Source: Candidatus Glassbacteria bacterium RIFCSPLOWO2_12_FULL_58_11
GTDB taxonomy: Bacteria; Gemmatimonadota; Glassbacteria; GWA2-58-10
Reading direction: 5' to 3'
Assembly (NCBI GenBank): GCA_001780825.1
Contig: MFIX01000256.1
Location: 1 to 39,576, forward strand
Length of the DNA stretch: 39,576 nucleotides
Each line of letters begins with the position of its first letter. Position 1 is the stretch's first letter. A program made the position numbers and the translations under genes. The notes under the pieces are model-generated. The model did not search any database. It was given only the letters and a program-made list of their open reading frames with translations, and had not been told where the DNA came from. Shown piece by piece: positions 8,561 to 15,677 of this stretch.

Positions 8561-10057
8561 ATGCGAATTTTAATGGTTTATCCGCAGTATCCGGATACTT
8601 TCTGGAGTTTCGCTCACGCGCTTCGTTTTATCGGTAAGAAAGCCTCGCTGCCGCCGATGGGTTTATTGACCGTGGCGGCGATGATTCCCGGCGAATGGGA
8701 GGTCAAGCTTGTCGATACCAATTTCACGGCGCTGGGCGATGAGGAAATATCATGGGCGGATTATGTCTTTATCAGCGCCATGACCATCCAGAAAGACTCG
8801 GCCAAAAAAATTATCGCCAGATGCCAGGAGCTGGGACGCAAGGTGGTCGCCGGCGGGCCGCTGTTCACCGCCCTGACCCAGGAATTCCCGGAGGTGGATC
8901 ACTTGGTGCTCAATGAGGCGGAGAATACCTTTCCTGAATTACTGCGGGACCTGCGCCAGGGTACGTTGAAGAGGGTGTATCGCTCCGACCGGTGGGCCGA
9001 TATCGCCGTCTCGCCTGTCCCGCGCTGGGACTTGATTAATATCAAACACTATGCGACGATGTGCGTCCAGTATTCACGCGGCTGCCCCTTCGACTGCGAT
9101 TTCTGCGATATCACCGTGCTCTACGGCAGGGCGCCGCGGGCCAAGCCCTCGGCGAACGTGATCACCGAACTGGAGGCCCTGTATGCGCGCGGCTGGCGGG
9201 GAACGGTCTTTTTTGTGGATGATAATTTCATCGGCAACAAGAAGCTGATTAAAAATGAGCTGCTGCCCGCGGTTATCGGCTGGATGAAAAAAAGGAAATA
9301 CCCTTTCACCTTCCTGACCCAGGCATCGATCAACCTGGCCGAGGATGAGGAGCTGATGCGGCTGATGGTCAAGGCCGGTTTCGATACGGTTTTTGTCGGG
9401 ATCGAAACGCCGGACGAAACCAGCCTGGTCGAATGCGGGAAGCTGCACAATACCCGCTCGGACCTGCTGGCCAATGTCAAGAAGCTGCAAGCCTTCGGCC
9501 TGCAGGTTCAGGCCGGGTTTATCGTCGGCTTCGACAGCGATAAGCACGACATTTTCAACCGGATCAGCCGGTTTATCAACGAGAGCGGGATAGTGGCCTC
9601 GATGGTCGGTTTGCTTAACGCCCCTCCGGGCACCAAGCTGTACAAGCGGCTGATCAGCGAGAACCGGATCCTCAAAGGCAGCAGCGGCGATAACACCGAT
9701 TTCAGCTTGAACTTCCTGCCGAAAATGGACTCGGCGGTCCTGATCGAGGGCTATAAAAAGATCATCCGGGACATTTACCGGCCGGAGGCTTATTACCGAA
9801 GGATCCGCACTTTTTTGCGCAATTACCATCTGGGCCGCCGGCTGCACGTCTACTTATCGAAGTCTCACCTGCAGGGCGTTTTCATGTCGTTTTACAAGCT
9901 GGGAGTCAGGCGGGGGGTGCGGCGGCATTTTTGGAAGCTGATGATCTGGACTATCTTCCGCAAACCGAGGCTGATGCCGGAAGCCTTGACCATGGCGATC
10001 TACGGCGCCCATTTCATGCGCCATTTCGATACGCTCCCCAACGAGCGGCGGGGATAA
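8561..10057 (+). CDS. B12-binding-domain radical SAM protein with a DUF4070-like C-terminus
   Basis: The N-terminus MRILMVYPQYPDTFWSF...PPMGLLTVAA is typical of the cobalamin-binding domain of class B radical SAM enzymes. The CX3CX2C cluster motif is present in YSRGCPFDCDFCDI. The long C-terminal extension is consistent with DUF4070. Confidence 0.8.
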   Translation: MRILMVYPQYPDTFWSFAHALRFIGKKASLPPMGLLTVAAMIPGEWEVKLVDTNFTALGDEEISWADYVFISAMTIQKDSAKKIIARCQELGRKVVAGGPLFTALTQEFPEVDHLVLNEAENTFPELLRDLRQGTLKRVYRSDRWADIAVSPVPRWDLINIKHYATMCVQYSRGCPFDCDFCDITVLYGRAPRAKPSANVITELEALYARGWRGTVFFVDDNFIGNKKLIKNELLPAVIGWMKKRKYPFTFLTQASINLAEDEELMRLMVKAGFDTVFVGIETPDETSLVECGKLHNTRSDLLANVKKLQAFGLQVQAGFIVGFDSDKHDIFNRISRFINESGIVASMVGLLNAPPGTKLYKRLISENRILKGSSGDNTDFSLNFLPKMDSAVLIEGYKKIIRDIYRPEAYYRRIRTFLRNYHLGRRLHVYLSKSHLQGVFMSFYKLGVRRGVRRHFWKLMIWTIFRKPRLMPEALTMAIYGAHFMRHFDTLPNERRG

Positions 10058-10070
10058 GAGCCGAAAGCTT

Positions 10071-11504
10071 TCAGGCTCCTTCTTTCAGCGGCCAGATAAT
10101 CGATTCGCTCCTGGCGCCGGCCAGGTAATCCCCAATCTTTTTCACTACCTCCGGGTTGTCCGCGGCGACATCATTCCTTTCCCCAAGATCCGAGCTGAGA
10201 TCATAGAGCTTGAGTGGCGCGGAGGGGAGAAGGCGCACCGCCTTCCAGCGGCCCATCCTGACCGCTTGCCCGGATGCACCCCCCTCGTGGAACTCCCAGT
10301 ACAGGAATTCATGCTCCCTCTGTATTCCGCCTAGCAGGGCCGGCAGGTATGAGATACCGTCGACCTCCAGGGGAACCTCCGCCCCGGCGATCTCCGCCGC
10401 TGTCGGCAGGAAATCCCAGAAAGCGGAGACATGATTGCTCTCTCCGCCAGCCTCAATCCTGCCGGGCCAGCGGGCGATCAACGGCACCCTGATCCCACCC
10501 TCGTAAAGATCGCGCTTGATTCCCCGCAGCGGCCCGGAGCTGTCGAAAAACTCCGGATCCTGGCCTCCCTCGCGATGCGGTCCATTGTCCGAGGAAAAAA
10601 TCACCAGGGTATTTTCATCCAGCCCCAGCTCCTTTACCCGATAAAGCAGCCTGCCGATATCGCGGTCCAGCCGGGTGACCATTGCCGCGAAATTTTTCTC
10701 CTGCTGCGGCCAGGACTTGCCGGAATACGGCGCATCCGAGGGTACTTCCAGGCCGTGATCCCCGGCCTCATCATTGGCGTGGGGAATGGTAAAGGGCAGG
10801 TACAGGAAAAAGGGCCGGCTGCGGTTTCGCTCGATAAAAGAGAGCGCCTCGGCCGTGAGCAGGTCGGGGGAATAAGTGGTTTTTTCCGCCGCCACGCCGG
10901 AACCGTCCGGGTTTTTCGGCTCCGGCATAACATTGCCCGGCAGGGCCACTCTCGCACTGTTCCGGAAGAGGAATTCCGGGTAGTAGTTGTGTGCGTGGCG
11001 CTGGCAGAGGTAGCCGAAGAAATATTCGAAACCCTGGCTATTGGGCATCCCGGTGGAACCCGGTCCGCCCAGGCCCCACTTGCCGATCAGCGCGGTCCGG
11101 TAACCGGCCTGTTTCAGCAGCCGGGCGACTGTCAGCGTGCCCTCCGGCAGGGGCTCCTGGCCCATCGGCCGGACCTCCCGGTTGCCCCGGATATAGGAAT
11201 GGCCGGTATGCAGGCCGGTCATCAGGCAGCAGCGCGAAGGCGCGCAGACCGTGCTGCCGGCATAGTGTTCGGTGAAACACACGCCTTCGCCGGCCAGCCG
11301 GTCCAGGTTGGGGGTGAGGATTTCGCGCTGTCCGTAGCAGCCCAGGTCGCCATAGCCCAGGTCATCGGCCAGGATAAAAATGATATTGGGCTTTCCTGTC
11401 ACTTTGTCGGGATTCCTGCCCCCTGAGCCGCAGGACAGTGACAAGCCCGCGGCGCAGCCCAGCAGAAAATCCCGGCGTTTGATTGTTCCACCGGTTTCAG
11501 GCAT
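10071..11504 (-). CDS. Cys-type (formylglycine) sulfatase, family S1, with Tat/lipoprotein signal
   Basis: The CxPxR motif is present in TVCAPSRCCLMTG, along with IFILADDLGYGD and IGKWGLGG. I prefer the ATG at 11504 (MPETGGTIKRRDFLLGCAAGLSLSCGSG, Tat motif plus lipobox) with GGAGG 8 nt upstream. The track start at 11738 (TTG) adds 78 residues with no signal-peptide character. Confidence 0.85.
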   Translation of the reverse strand: MPETGGTIKRRDFLLGCAAGLSLSCGSGGRNPDKVTGKPNIIFILADDLGYGDLGCYGQREILTPNLDRLAGEGVCFTEHYAGSTVCAPSRCCLMTGLHTGHSYIRGNREVRPMGQEPLPEGTLTVARLLKQAGYRTALIGKWGLGGPGSTGMPNSQGFEYFFGYLCQRHAHNYYPEFLFRNSARVALPGNVMPEPKNPDGSGVAAEKTTYSPDLLTAEALSFIERNRSRPFFLYLPFTIPHANDEAGDHGLEVPSDAPYSGKSWPQQEKNFAAMVTRLDRDIGRLLYRVKELGLDENTLVIFSSDNGPHREGGQDPEFFDSSGPLRGIKRDLYEGGIRVPLIARWPGRIEAGGESNHVSAFWDFLPTAAEIAGAEVPLEVDGISYLPALLGGIQREHEFLYWEFHEGGASGQAVRMGRWKAVRLLPSAPLKLYDLSSDLGERNDVAADNPEVVKKIGDYLAGARSESIIWPLKEGA

Positions 11505-11829
11505 GGATAACGCCTCCAATGCTGGAATTATTCCGCTATCTTTAAAGGCGTGTTCGAAATCATCATGATTAGTTGCGCAGTTGCAGATATCCCGCCAGCT
11601 GTATTTCGCACCCGAGCCGGCCCAGAGAGAGAGAAGGCCAAAAGGGAGCGTCTGGTTTGCATTGGCCTGGCCCTGCCAATTGCGAAAGATAACTTTCAAG
11701 CTCAGGCGGGACAAGGTTCGTATCGCGCAATTAGCCAATGCTGAGCAATAACAAGCCGGCTACTAAGGCCTCATTCCGGGTTTGTGAAGATGTAATTCGG
11801 CGGACTTGGCTTAAGCAAATATTTCTCAA

Positions 11830-11859
11830 TTGACAGCCACTGAAAAAAATGTTTAAATA
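11830..11859 (+). promoter_or_regulatory. Candidate sigma70-type promoter for the MshEN-like gene
   Basis: TTGACA (11830-11835), then TTAAAT after 17 nt or TAAATA after 18 nt (11853-11859). It lies about 45 nt upstream of ATG 11903. Confidence 0.35.
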
Positions 11860-11902
11860 GAAATGATAAAAATGGTTATCTGACGGATTGGAGAAACCGG
11901 CA

Positions 11903-12790
11903 ATGCTATCCTATCTTTTCGGCCAATATCTGCTGGAATGTGGATTAATCAGTACCGAGCAGCTGACGGATGGGCTGAGGTACCAGCGCAATAATAACCG
12001 TGTGATGGGCGAACTGGCGGTTGAGATGGGCTTACTGGACCGTCAGCAGATCCTCCAGATTCTGGAATGGCAGCTAAGCGTGGATAAGGATTTCGGTCAG
12101 GTCGCCAAGGAGTTGGGATTTCTTAGTGAGGAACAATTGGAACATTTGCTCGAACTGCAGCAGGAAAGACACGTTTACCTGGGAGAGGCGCTGGTCACGC
12201 AGGGGATACTGAAACGGGCGGAGCTGGAAAATGGGCTGAAAAACTTTCATGGCGAAAAGGACAAGTCGCTGAAAGCCGGAGCGGAAGAGGAACCGGAAAA
12301 GGATACCGCCGCCGCGCTGTTCAGTCTGGTCAGCAAAATGCTCCCCAGGCTTTCCAGCGGCAAAATGGTTTCCGGCGGGTTGTATCCGACTATCTCCGAT
12401 CCGCATCATTCGTATATCTTCTGCCAGCGCCTGTGCGGAGAACAAGACCTGGCGGCCTGCCTAACCATCCCGGAAGACCTGTTCGAAGTATTCGGCGAAG
12501 CTCTTTCTTCGCGGATCAAGCAGGCCGTCAATGGCGGCAAAAGCGCTAAATATGGCCGGGCGATCAAGGGGTGCCTCAGGAATGTGCTCGAGGTATTCGC
12601 CGCAAACCAGAAAAAGGAAGGATTTATTTACCGGCTGGAAGGTGAAACGGAGAAATTTAGCCGGAGAATATATCTTTCCCGAAAAAAGAAAGCCCATAAA
12701 TCCTCCTGCGCGGAATTTTTCCTGATCACGCCTCCCGGTCCGGATGGAGAGTTCCTGCAATTCAATCTTTGTCTTCTATTCAGCCATTGA
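11903..12790 (+). CDS. Protein with four tandem 29-aa MshEN/T2SSE_N-like repeats and an uncharacterised (possibly CheX-like) C-terminal domain
   Basis: Four segments fit G-xx-[LVI][LVI]-xx-G-[LVI][LVI]-xxxx-L-xxx-L-xx-Q at exact 29-residue spacing: LFGQYLLECGLISTEQLTDGLRYQ, VMGELAVEMGLLDRQQILQILEWQ, DFGQVAKELGFLSEEQLEHLLELQ and YLGEALVTQGILKRAELENGLKNF. I prefer the ATG at 11903, with GGAGA 8 nt upstream, over the track TTG at 11888. Confidence 0.7.
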   Translation: MLSYLFGQYLLECGLISTEQLTDGLRYQRNNNRVMGELAVEMGLLDRQQILQILEWQLSVDKDFGQVAKELGFLSEEQLEHLLELQQERHVYLGEALVTQGILKRAELENGLKNFHGEKDKSLKAGAEEEPEKDTAAALFSLVSKMLPRLSSGKMVSGGLYPTISDPHHSYIFCQRLCGEQDLAACLTIPEDLFEVFGEALSSRIKQAVNGGKSAKYGRAIKGCLRNVLEVFAANQKKEGFIYRLEGETEKFSRRIYLSRKKKAHKSSCAEFFLITPPGPDGEFLQFNLCLLFSH

Positions 12791-12827
12791 ACGACCTGCG
12801 TCGCGTGAGGTATTTACGGAGAGGCCC

Positions 12828-13808
12828 TCAGAATCCGGCGGGGCGGTCGAAGATGAGCAGGAGCGGAGCTCGCTGATTGGAATCCTCCAGCCTGGTTTGA
12901 AAATTTCCATCCAGCACGATAAATATATTCCGGCCTTTCACTACCAGTCCCTCGCTGTTGCGATAAAAATCCTCGCGGTTCCTGTAGCGATAGGCCGGGT
13001 TGTCTGCCGTCAGGCGGAACTCAGCCACCGCTAACAGTTTACCCTCATCCGGGTCGATCTTATATACCAGGCTGCGGGTCCGGGCCAGGGCATAGAGGCT
13101 TCCGCGGTCCCGGTCCAGGTCGCAAAAATCGTAGCTGTCCGGAATATCGATTACCCTCCCCGCAGAAAAATTTGCCGCAATATTGTAACTTAGTATCAGG
13201 TTCGGCAGCATTTCGTGGGCAATAAACAGGCGATTACCGACCCTGGCGACACCCTCTAAAGCGTAGTTTATCCTTCCCGCGGCCAGGTCTTTTCTACCCT
13301 GGAGCAGCACTTCCGGACCGGCGAGGCAGGAGAGCTTGCCCGAAGCAAGATCGAGCTCCAGCAACAGCCGATCCCGTTCATCGACCAGCCAGAGCCGCCC
13401 CGGGGCGGCCACTTCGATCCCCTCCAGGTCATACTTGAAGGCCTTGCCGGTCTCTCCGGCCAGCGCGGCGAACGCCGCCCGTCCCCCGGCGGGCTCGACA
13501 AGCTCGAGCCGGGGCGCCTTGGCCGCCGGATCGAGGACCGAGTCCAGACGCACGCGCAGGATTATCGGATTTTCCGGCTGCCAGTCCGGGGGCGCCGGGC
13601 CGTTATCGTCACAGAAGTACAGCCAGCCATCCTCCGAGGCCGCCATGCCGGAAAGGTTGAGGGCGCCGTCGCTCTCCAGAATAACATGGCGAACAAGCTT
13701 AAGCTGCAGGGTGTCCGGCAGCGAACCGGCCTGGAGAGGGCGGTATTCCAACGGCAGCAGAAGCGCCGGGATTATTGCCAGGAGTGGCGGAAAGAGCGTT
13801 TTCGGCAA
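12828..13808 (-). CDS. Secreted beta-propeller protein, YjiK/SdiA-regulated or phytase-like family
   Basis: It contains repeated [LS]-x-EG-[IVL] blade motifs (YDLEGIEV, YALEGVARV, NSEGLVV) and NLSGMAASEDGWLYFCDD. There is no ATG in the N-terminal region. The TTG at 13808 has GGAG 9 nt upstream and yields a signal-like N-terminus (M)PKTLFPPLLAIIPALLLPL. The track start is the TTG at 13868. Confidence 0.55.
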   Translation of the reverse strand: MPKTLFPPLLAIIPALLLPLEYRPLQAGSLPDTLQLKLVRHVILESDGALNLSGMAASEDGWLYFCDDNGPAPPDWQPENPIILRVRLDSVLDPAAKAPRLELVEPAGGRAAFAALAGETGKAFKYDLEGIEVAAPGRLWLVDERDRLLLELDLASGKLSCLAGPEVLLQGRKDLAAGRINYALEGVARVGNRLFIAHEMLPNLILSYNIAANFSAGRVIDIPDSYDFCDLDRDRGSLYALARTRSLVYKIDPDEGKLLAVAEFRLTADNPAYRYRNREDFYRNSEGLVVKGRNIFIVLDGNFQTRLEDSNQRAPLLLIFDRPAGF

Positions 13809-13912
13809 GTTTGTCGTCTCCGGTAGAAGATTTCGGCTAAAGATAGGGCAGGAAAAACTCCGGGTCAAGCGGCATAGCGTTCCTATCGGGCCGGTGTGAA
13901 TAATCGGGGCTT

Positions 13913-14005
13913 GGGGGGGCGGCGCCTGGGCGACCTTTGCCCAGGCGGGGCCGCGGGAGCCGTCTCCGCGGACACGCGCGCATATTATTTGCGCGCGCCG
14001 CCCCC
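13913..14005. other. GC-rich nested multi-hairpin element (outer helix enclosing three stem-loops)
   Basis: Outer helix: GGGGGCGGCG (13915-13924) pairs with CGCCGCCCCC (13996-14005). Hairpin 1: CGCCTGGGC (13923-13931) with GCCCAGGCG (13939-13947). Hairpin 2: CCGCGGGAG (13951-13959) with CTCCGCGG (13964-13971), one bulged G. Hairpin 3: CGCGCGCA (13975-13982) with TGCGCGCG (13990-13997), loop TATTATT. Confidence 0.6.
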
Positions 14006-14118
14006 GCGAACCGGGATGGCTGCAGGCGTTCCTTTTTTCCTCCGGTTCTTCAGGAATACATCTTGACGAAGATTCTGCTCGAGATTGAAGCTCGTGTTTT
14101 TATTTGACTCCGCGATGG

Positions 14119-14147
14119 ACAGGGGCGTGAAATTGAGCATTCACGCC
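14119..14147. repeat. Degenerate REP-like hairpin (ACAGGGGCGTGAA-loop-TTCACGCC)
   Basis: An 8-bp stem, GGCGTGAA (14124-14131) with TTCACGCC (14140-14147). It shares the AGGGGCG head with the GTAGGGGCG repeats but lacks the GTAG and CTAC ends. Confidence 0.3.
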
Positions 14148-14166
14148 GGTTCGGCAGGTAAAAGGA

Positions 14167-14195
14167 TTGACACTTATCGGGCTGGTTTCTATATT
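14167..14195 (+). promoter_or_regulatory. Near-consensus sigma70 promoter upstream of the rfb operon
   Basis: TTGACA (14167-14172), an exactly 17-nt spacer, then TATATT (14190-14195). It lies about 150 nt upstream of the rfbA ATG at 14345. Confidence 0.5.
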
Positions 14196-14344
14196 TATCA
14201 ACCGTGTGAAATGCCTTAAATTTCAAACGCTTAAGATTTGCGCCGCTATCGGGAGGAAGAACGGCGGGCCGGGAGTGACCGGCGGTCCGGCGCGGATGCC
14301 AAACCGGTATTTTATTCATATATTTACCTTTCCCGGGGGGCACG

Positions 14345-15073
14345 ATGAAAGGTGTGATTCTGGCCGGCGGCCTGGGTACCCGCCTGTACCCGCTGACCAA
14401 GGTGATGAACAAGCATCTTCTGCCGGTCTACGACAAGCCGATGATCTTCTACCCGATCGAGACCCTGATTACCGCCGGCATTCGGGATATCCTGATCGTC
14501 ACTGGGGGCAACCACGCCGGCGATTTTCTCAGGCTGATCGGCAATGGAAGGGATTTTGGCCTGCAGCACGTTAACTATACTTACCAGGAAGGGGAGGGGG
14601 GTATCGCCGAGGCGCTGGGCCTGGCGCGTTATTTCTGCGACCAGGAAAAGGTGGTGGTGATTCTGGGCGATAACATCATCGAGAAGAACATAGTTCAGGC
14701 GGTAAAGGAGTTTGCCGGCCAGCCTTCAGGCGCCAAGCTGCTGCTCAAAGAGGTCGAGGACCCCGAGCGTTTCGGCGTGGCCGAGCTGGAGGGCCCGCGG
14801 ATAAAAAAAATCGTGGAGAAACCAAAGGCCCCCAAATCCAATCTGGCGGTTATCGGCATCTATTTTTACGATCCCCAGGTCTTCGAATTCATCGACTCGC
14901 TGGAGCCCTCGGAGCGCGGCGAGCTGGAGATCACCGATGTCAACAACATGTACCTCGAGCGCAGCGTGTTGACCTACGGGGTCCTCGAGGGCTGGTGGAC
15001 CGATGCCGGAACGTTTGATTCCCTGCTCAGAGCCGGCAGGCTCGTCGCGCAGACCGGGGCGAATAATCTCTGA
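14345..15073 (+). CDS. rfbA: Glucose-1-phosphate thymidylyltransferase, short form (sugar-1-phosphate nucleotidyltransferase)
   Basis: MKGVILAGGLGTRLYPLTKVMNKHLLPVYDKPMIFYPIE is the canonical RmlA N-terminus. At 242 aa it is shorter than enteric RmlA. It is followed by rfbC, rfbB and rfbD. Confidence 0.85.
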   Translation: MKGVILAGGLGTRLYPLTKVMNKHLLPVYDKPMIFYPIETLITAGIRDILIVTGGNHAGDFLRLIGNGRDFGLQHVNYTYQEGEGGIAEALGLARYFCDQEKVVVILGDNIIEKNIVQAVKEFAGQPSGAKLLLKEVEDPERFGVAELEGPRIKKIVEKPKAPKSNLAVIGIYFYDPQVFEFIDSLEPSERGELEITDVNNMYLERSVLTYGVLEGWWTDAGTFDSLLRAGRLVAQTGANNL

Positions 15074-15126
15074 TCCGGCGGCGGGGCTGAACGCGCTAAA
15101 GGCCCATCTCAGCGGGAGGGAAGATC

Positions 15127-15582
15127 ATGATCGAAGGTGTGGTCGTTAAAAAGCTGAAGGTCGTTCCGGATGAGCGGGGCCGCCTGATGGAGATTTTGCG
15201 TGATGATGATACTATTTTCACGCGCTTCGGCCAGGTTTACATGACTACGAATTTCCCGGGAGTGGTTAAAGCCTGGCATTATCACTTGAAGCAGTCCGAT
15301 TGTGTCACCTGCGTACATGGGATGATCAAGCTCGTGCTCTGCGACTGGCGGAAGGAAAGCAAAACTTACAAGACTATCGAGGAATACTTTATCGGTGAGC
15401 ACAACCCGCTGCTGATAAAGATTCCGCCGCAGGTCCTTCACGGCTGGAAGGGTATCGGAGTCAAAGAAACCATCGTGGTGAATGTGCCGGATCAGCATTA
15501 CGATTACGAGCAGCCGGATGAATTGCGACTGCCCTTCGACAGCCCGGAGGTCGGCTACGACTGGGAGATCAAGTTTTTTTAG
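15127..15582 (+). CDS. rfbC: dTDP-4-dehydrorhamnose 3,5-epimerase-like cupin, short form
   Basis: VPDERGRLMEILR, WHYHLKQSD and PPQVLHGW are typical RmlC-family segments. A GGGAGGGAAG Shine-Dalgarno sequence lies upstream. Operon context supports the call. Confidence 0.8.
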   Translation: MIEGVVVKKLKVVPDERGRLMEILRDDDTIFTRFGQVYMTTNFPGVVKAWHYHLKQSDCVTCVHGMIKLVLCDWRKESKTYKTIEEYFIGEHNPLLIKIPPQVLHGWKGIGVKETIVVNVPDQHYDYEQPDELRLPFDSPEVGYDWEIKFF

Positions 15583-15677
15583 CGGCGGACGTTAGAAGCC
15601 GATCAATCAGCCAGGGAACGCTCCCCCGGACCATCCGGGGGAATTTATATCTTTAACGTTTTACTCGGGACGCGCGG

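Noticed and set aside
8561-11504. The radical SAM gene as the anaerobic sulfatase-maturating enzyme for the adjacent Cys-type sulfatase.
   Set aside because: Known anSMEs are SPASM-domain radical SAM enzymes without a B12-binding domain. These two genes are convergent, so they are not co-transcribed. The idea is retained only as a low-probability possibility inside a finding.
11505-11738. N-terminal extensions in the ORF track: sulfatase +78 aa, ftsZ +23 aa (34525..34593), M23 +29 aa (32491..32577), SH3 +8 aa, vanZ +16 aa; also the small plus-strand ORF 11550..11744.
   Set aside because: The extensions start at TTG or GTG without a properly spaced Shine-Dalgarno sequence and precede internal ATGs that have good ones and native-looking N-termini (Tat/lipobox, MATFEFTD and so on). 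ORF 11550..11744 has a GTG 1 nt after its only purine-rich stretch and no recognisable features.
13913-14005. The cloverleaf-shaped element as a tRNA or tRNA-like gene.
   Set aside because: The stems are 8-10 bp rather than the 7/4/5/5 bp of a tRNA. There is no GTTCRA T-loop, no D-loop GG and no 7-nt anticodon loop with U33. It is kept only as an unexplained structured element.
14281-14288. An ops/JUMPstart-like antitermination element in the rfb leader (GGCGGTCC against ops GGCGGTAG).
   Set aside because: It matches only 6 of 8 positions in a GC-rich context where such matches are expected by chance. The ops element is defined for enterobacterial RfaH, and no NusG paralogue is visible here.
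14050-14574. ORFs 14050..14412 (-) and 14167..14574 (+) spanning the rfb leader and the rfbA start; also an Arg/Pro-rich ~50-aa minus-strand reading frame through the multi-hairpin.
   Set aside because: They overlap the well-supported rfbA CDS or consist of GC-hairpin sequence. They have no ribosome-binding site, their composition is biased and they contain no recognisable motifs.
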